NCBI GenBank assembly: GCA_043228905.1
Contig: JBHGNT010000007.1
Location: 19,902,001 to 19,966,000, forward strand
Length of the DNA: 64,000 nt
Origin: Azolla caroliniana
Lineage: Eukaryota > Plantae > Polypodiophyta
Direction of reading: 5' to 3'
The notes beneath the pieces are model-generated. The model worked only from the letters and a program-made list of their open reading frames with translations. It had not been told where the DNA came from and searched no databases. Below, piece after piece: positions 63,018 through 64,000 of this stretch (its first letter is position 1; every line of letters starts with the position of its first letter). A program made the position numbers and the translations under genes.

Positions 63018-64000
63018 ATGAGTATGGACTGTCATGGTTCCAAGTCTCTACTCTTCATCATGCTTCTACACTGTGAATTGATCATCTCCATGGTGATGGT
63101 GATGGAGATGGTGGTGATGGGTGGAGCAAGTGTAAGCATAATGGGAGAGATGACAAGGATGGATGGAGGGGATCATGCTCATCATCATGGTAATGAAGAG
63201 ATTCATGACAGTCATAGCATGAATCCATGTCAGAGATCATCACCATCATCACCATCACTATCATCATCATCATCATCATCATCATCAAGAGGTTTGCTGA
63301 TGAGTAGTGCCAAAGAAGTGGTGATGGCTTCAGAGGAAGAGGAGGAGGAGGTTAGGAGCTATGGTGACACCATACCTGCAGCACCAGTGCAAGGGCAGGC
63401 CAGCAGTTGCTCCATAGACTTGAGTGAGCAGCTGTTAGGGGGTGTGAAAGTGGCATGCATGGGTGGGGGCACCTTGGAGAGGAGGCATTGCTGCCCTGTT
63501 CTGGCAGCTTGGCTAATGGCAGCTAGGCTCAAGGTAGCTCTCAACAAGGAGGATCCATCATCATCACCATCATCATCTTCTTCTTCATCACCATCATCAC
63601 CATCTCTGTCAGTCAATCCTCTGCAAGAAGATGGCCACATGCCTCTTCTTCCTGATGATTCTCTCGTGTGCATCGCGAGCCTGAAAGCCGCCCTCGCCGC
63701 CCGTGGTATCGTGCTCATCGCCCCTCCATCATCATCATCTTCTTCTTCTTCTTCTTCCTGTGATGTGGTGACATGCTTCTGTGGCATTAAGCTTAACCAC
63801 ATTACTTCTCAATCCTGTCCCTTACCTTTCAAAACCTCTTCAAATGCCATGGATCCACCCCAAAACCCTAATTCTGACACCACCATGTCAAGCATGAAGA
63901 AGCCATCATCATCAAGCATGAATCCATCATCATCAGGCATGGTGCCTGATACCAGCTTGGTAACTTTGCCATCACTACCCACTGGTCATAATACCAGTAC
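63018..64000 (+). CDS. At4g28100-like putative GPI-anchored, SPARK-domain protein (5' part; ORF runs off the window)
   Basis: Open frame from ATG 63018: hydrophobic N-terminus, then TIPAAPVQGQASSCSIDLSEQLLGGVKVAC...RHCCPVLAAWLMAA...LPDDSLVCIASL...CDVVTCFCGIKLNHITSQSCP. Confidence 0.88.
   Translation, partial: MSMDCHGSKSLLFIMLLHCELIISMVMVMEMVVMGGASVSIMGEMTRMDGGDHAHHHGNEEIHDSHSMNPCQRSSPSSPSLSSSSSSSSSRGLLMSSAKEVVMASEEEEEEVRSYGDTIPAAPVQGQASSCSIDLSEQLLGGVKVACMGGGTLERRHCCPVLAAWLMAARLKVALNKEDPSSSPSSSSSSSPSSPSLSVNPLQEDGHMPLLPDDSLVCIASLKAALAARGIVLIAPPSSSSSSSSSSCDVVTCFCGIKLNHITSQSCPLPFKTSSNAMDPPQNPNSDTTMSSMKKPSSSSMNPSSSGMVPDTSLVTLPSLPTGHNTS

Noticed and set aside
62446-63035. MYMY/HIHI/CICI ORFs
   Set aside because: Translation of the (CATATA)n microsatellite.

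Overview
Eukaryotic, AT-rich land-plant nuclear DNA. A compact seed-free plant such as a small-genome fern is my inference only. Six intron-containing or partial protein genes lie on the + strand: the 3' end of a WRN-like RecQ helicase, plastid ribosomal protein L27, pyruvate decarboxylase, a subgroup-C Raf-like kinase, a NAP1-related histone chaperone, and the 5' part of an At4g28100-like GPI-anchored (SPARK) protein. Between them are LINE remnants, a truncated Copia, three members of one chromovirus (Gypsy) family, two hAT-type MITEs, microsatellites and many short tandem duplications. The most unusual feature is a ~2 kb minus-strand mosaic (about 14.8-16.6 kb) of co-oriented fragments from unrelated host genes. 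It contains intron-less Rab-GDI pieces in scrambled order, intron-less starch branching enzyme II, a NAT10 exon and unidentified exon-like pieces. It sits next to a very young Gypsy element with identical LTRs that retains only an open integrase-chromodomain ORF. The PDC and RPL27 introns both carry duplicated splice-acceptor/exon-start copies, and the PDC promoter has an exact match to the hypoxia-responsive element consensus. No rRNA, tRNA or CRISPR features were seen.
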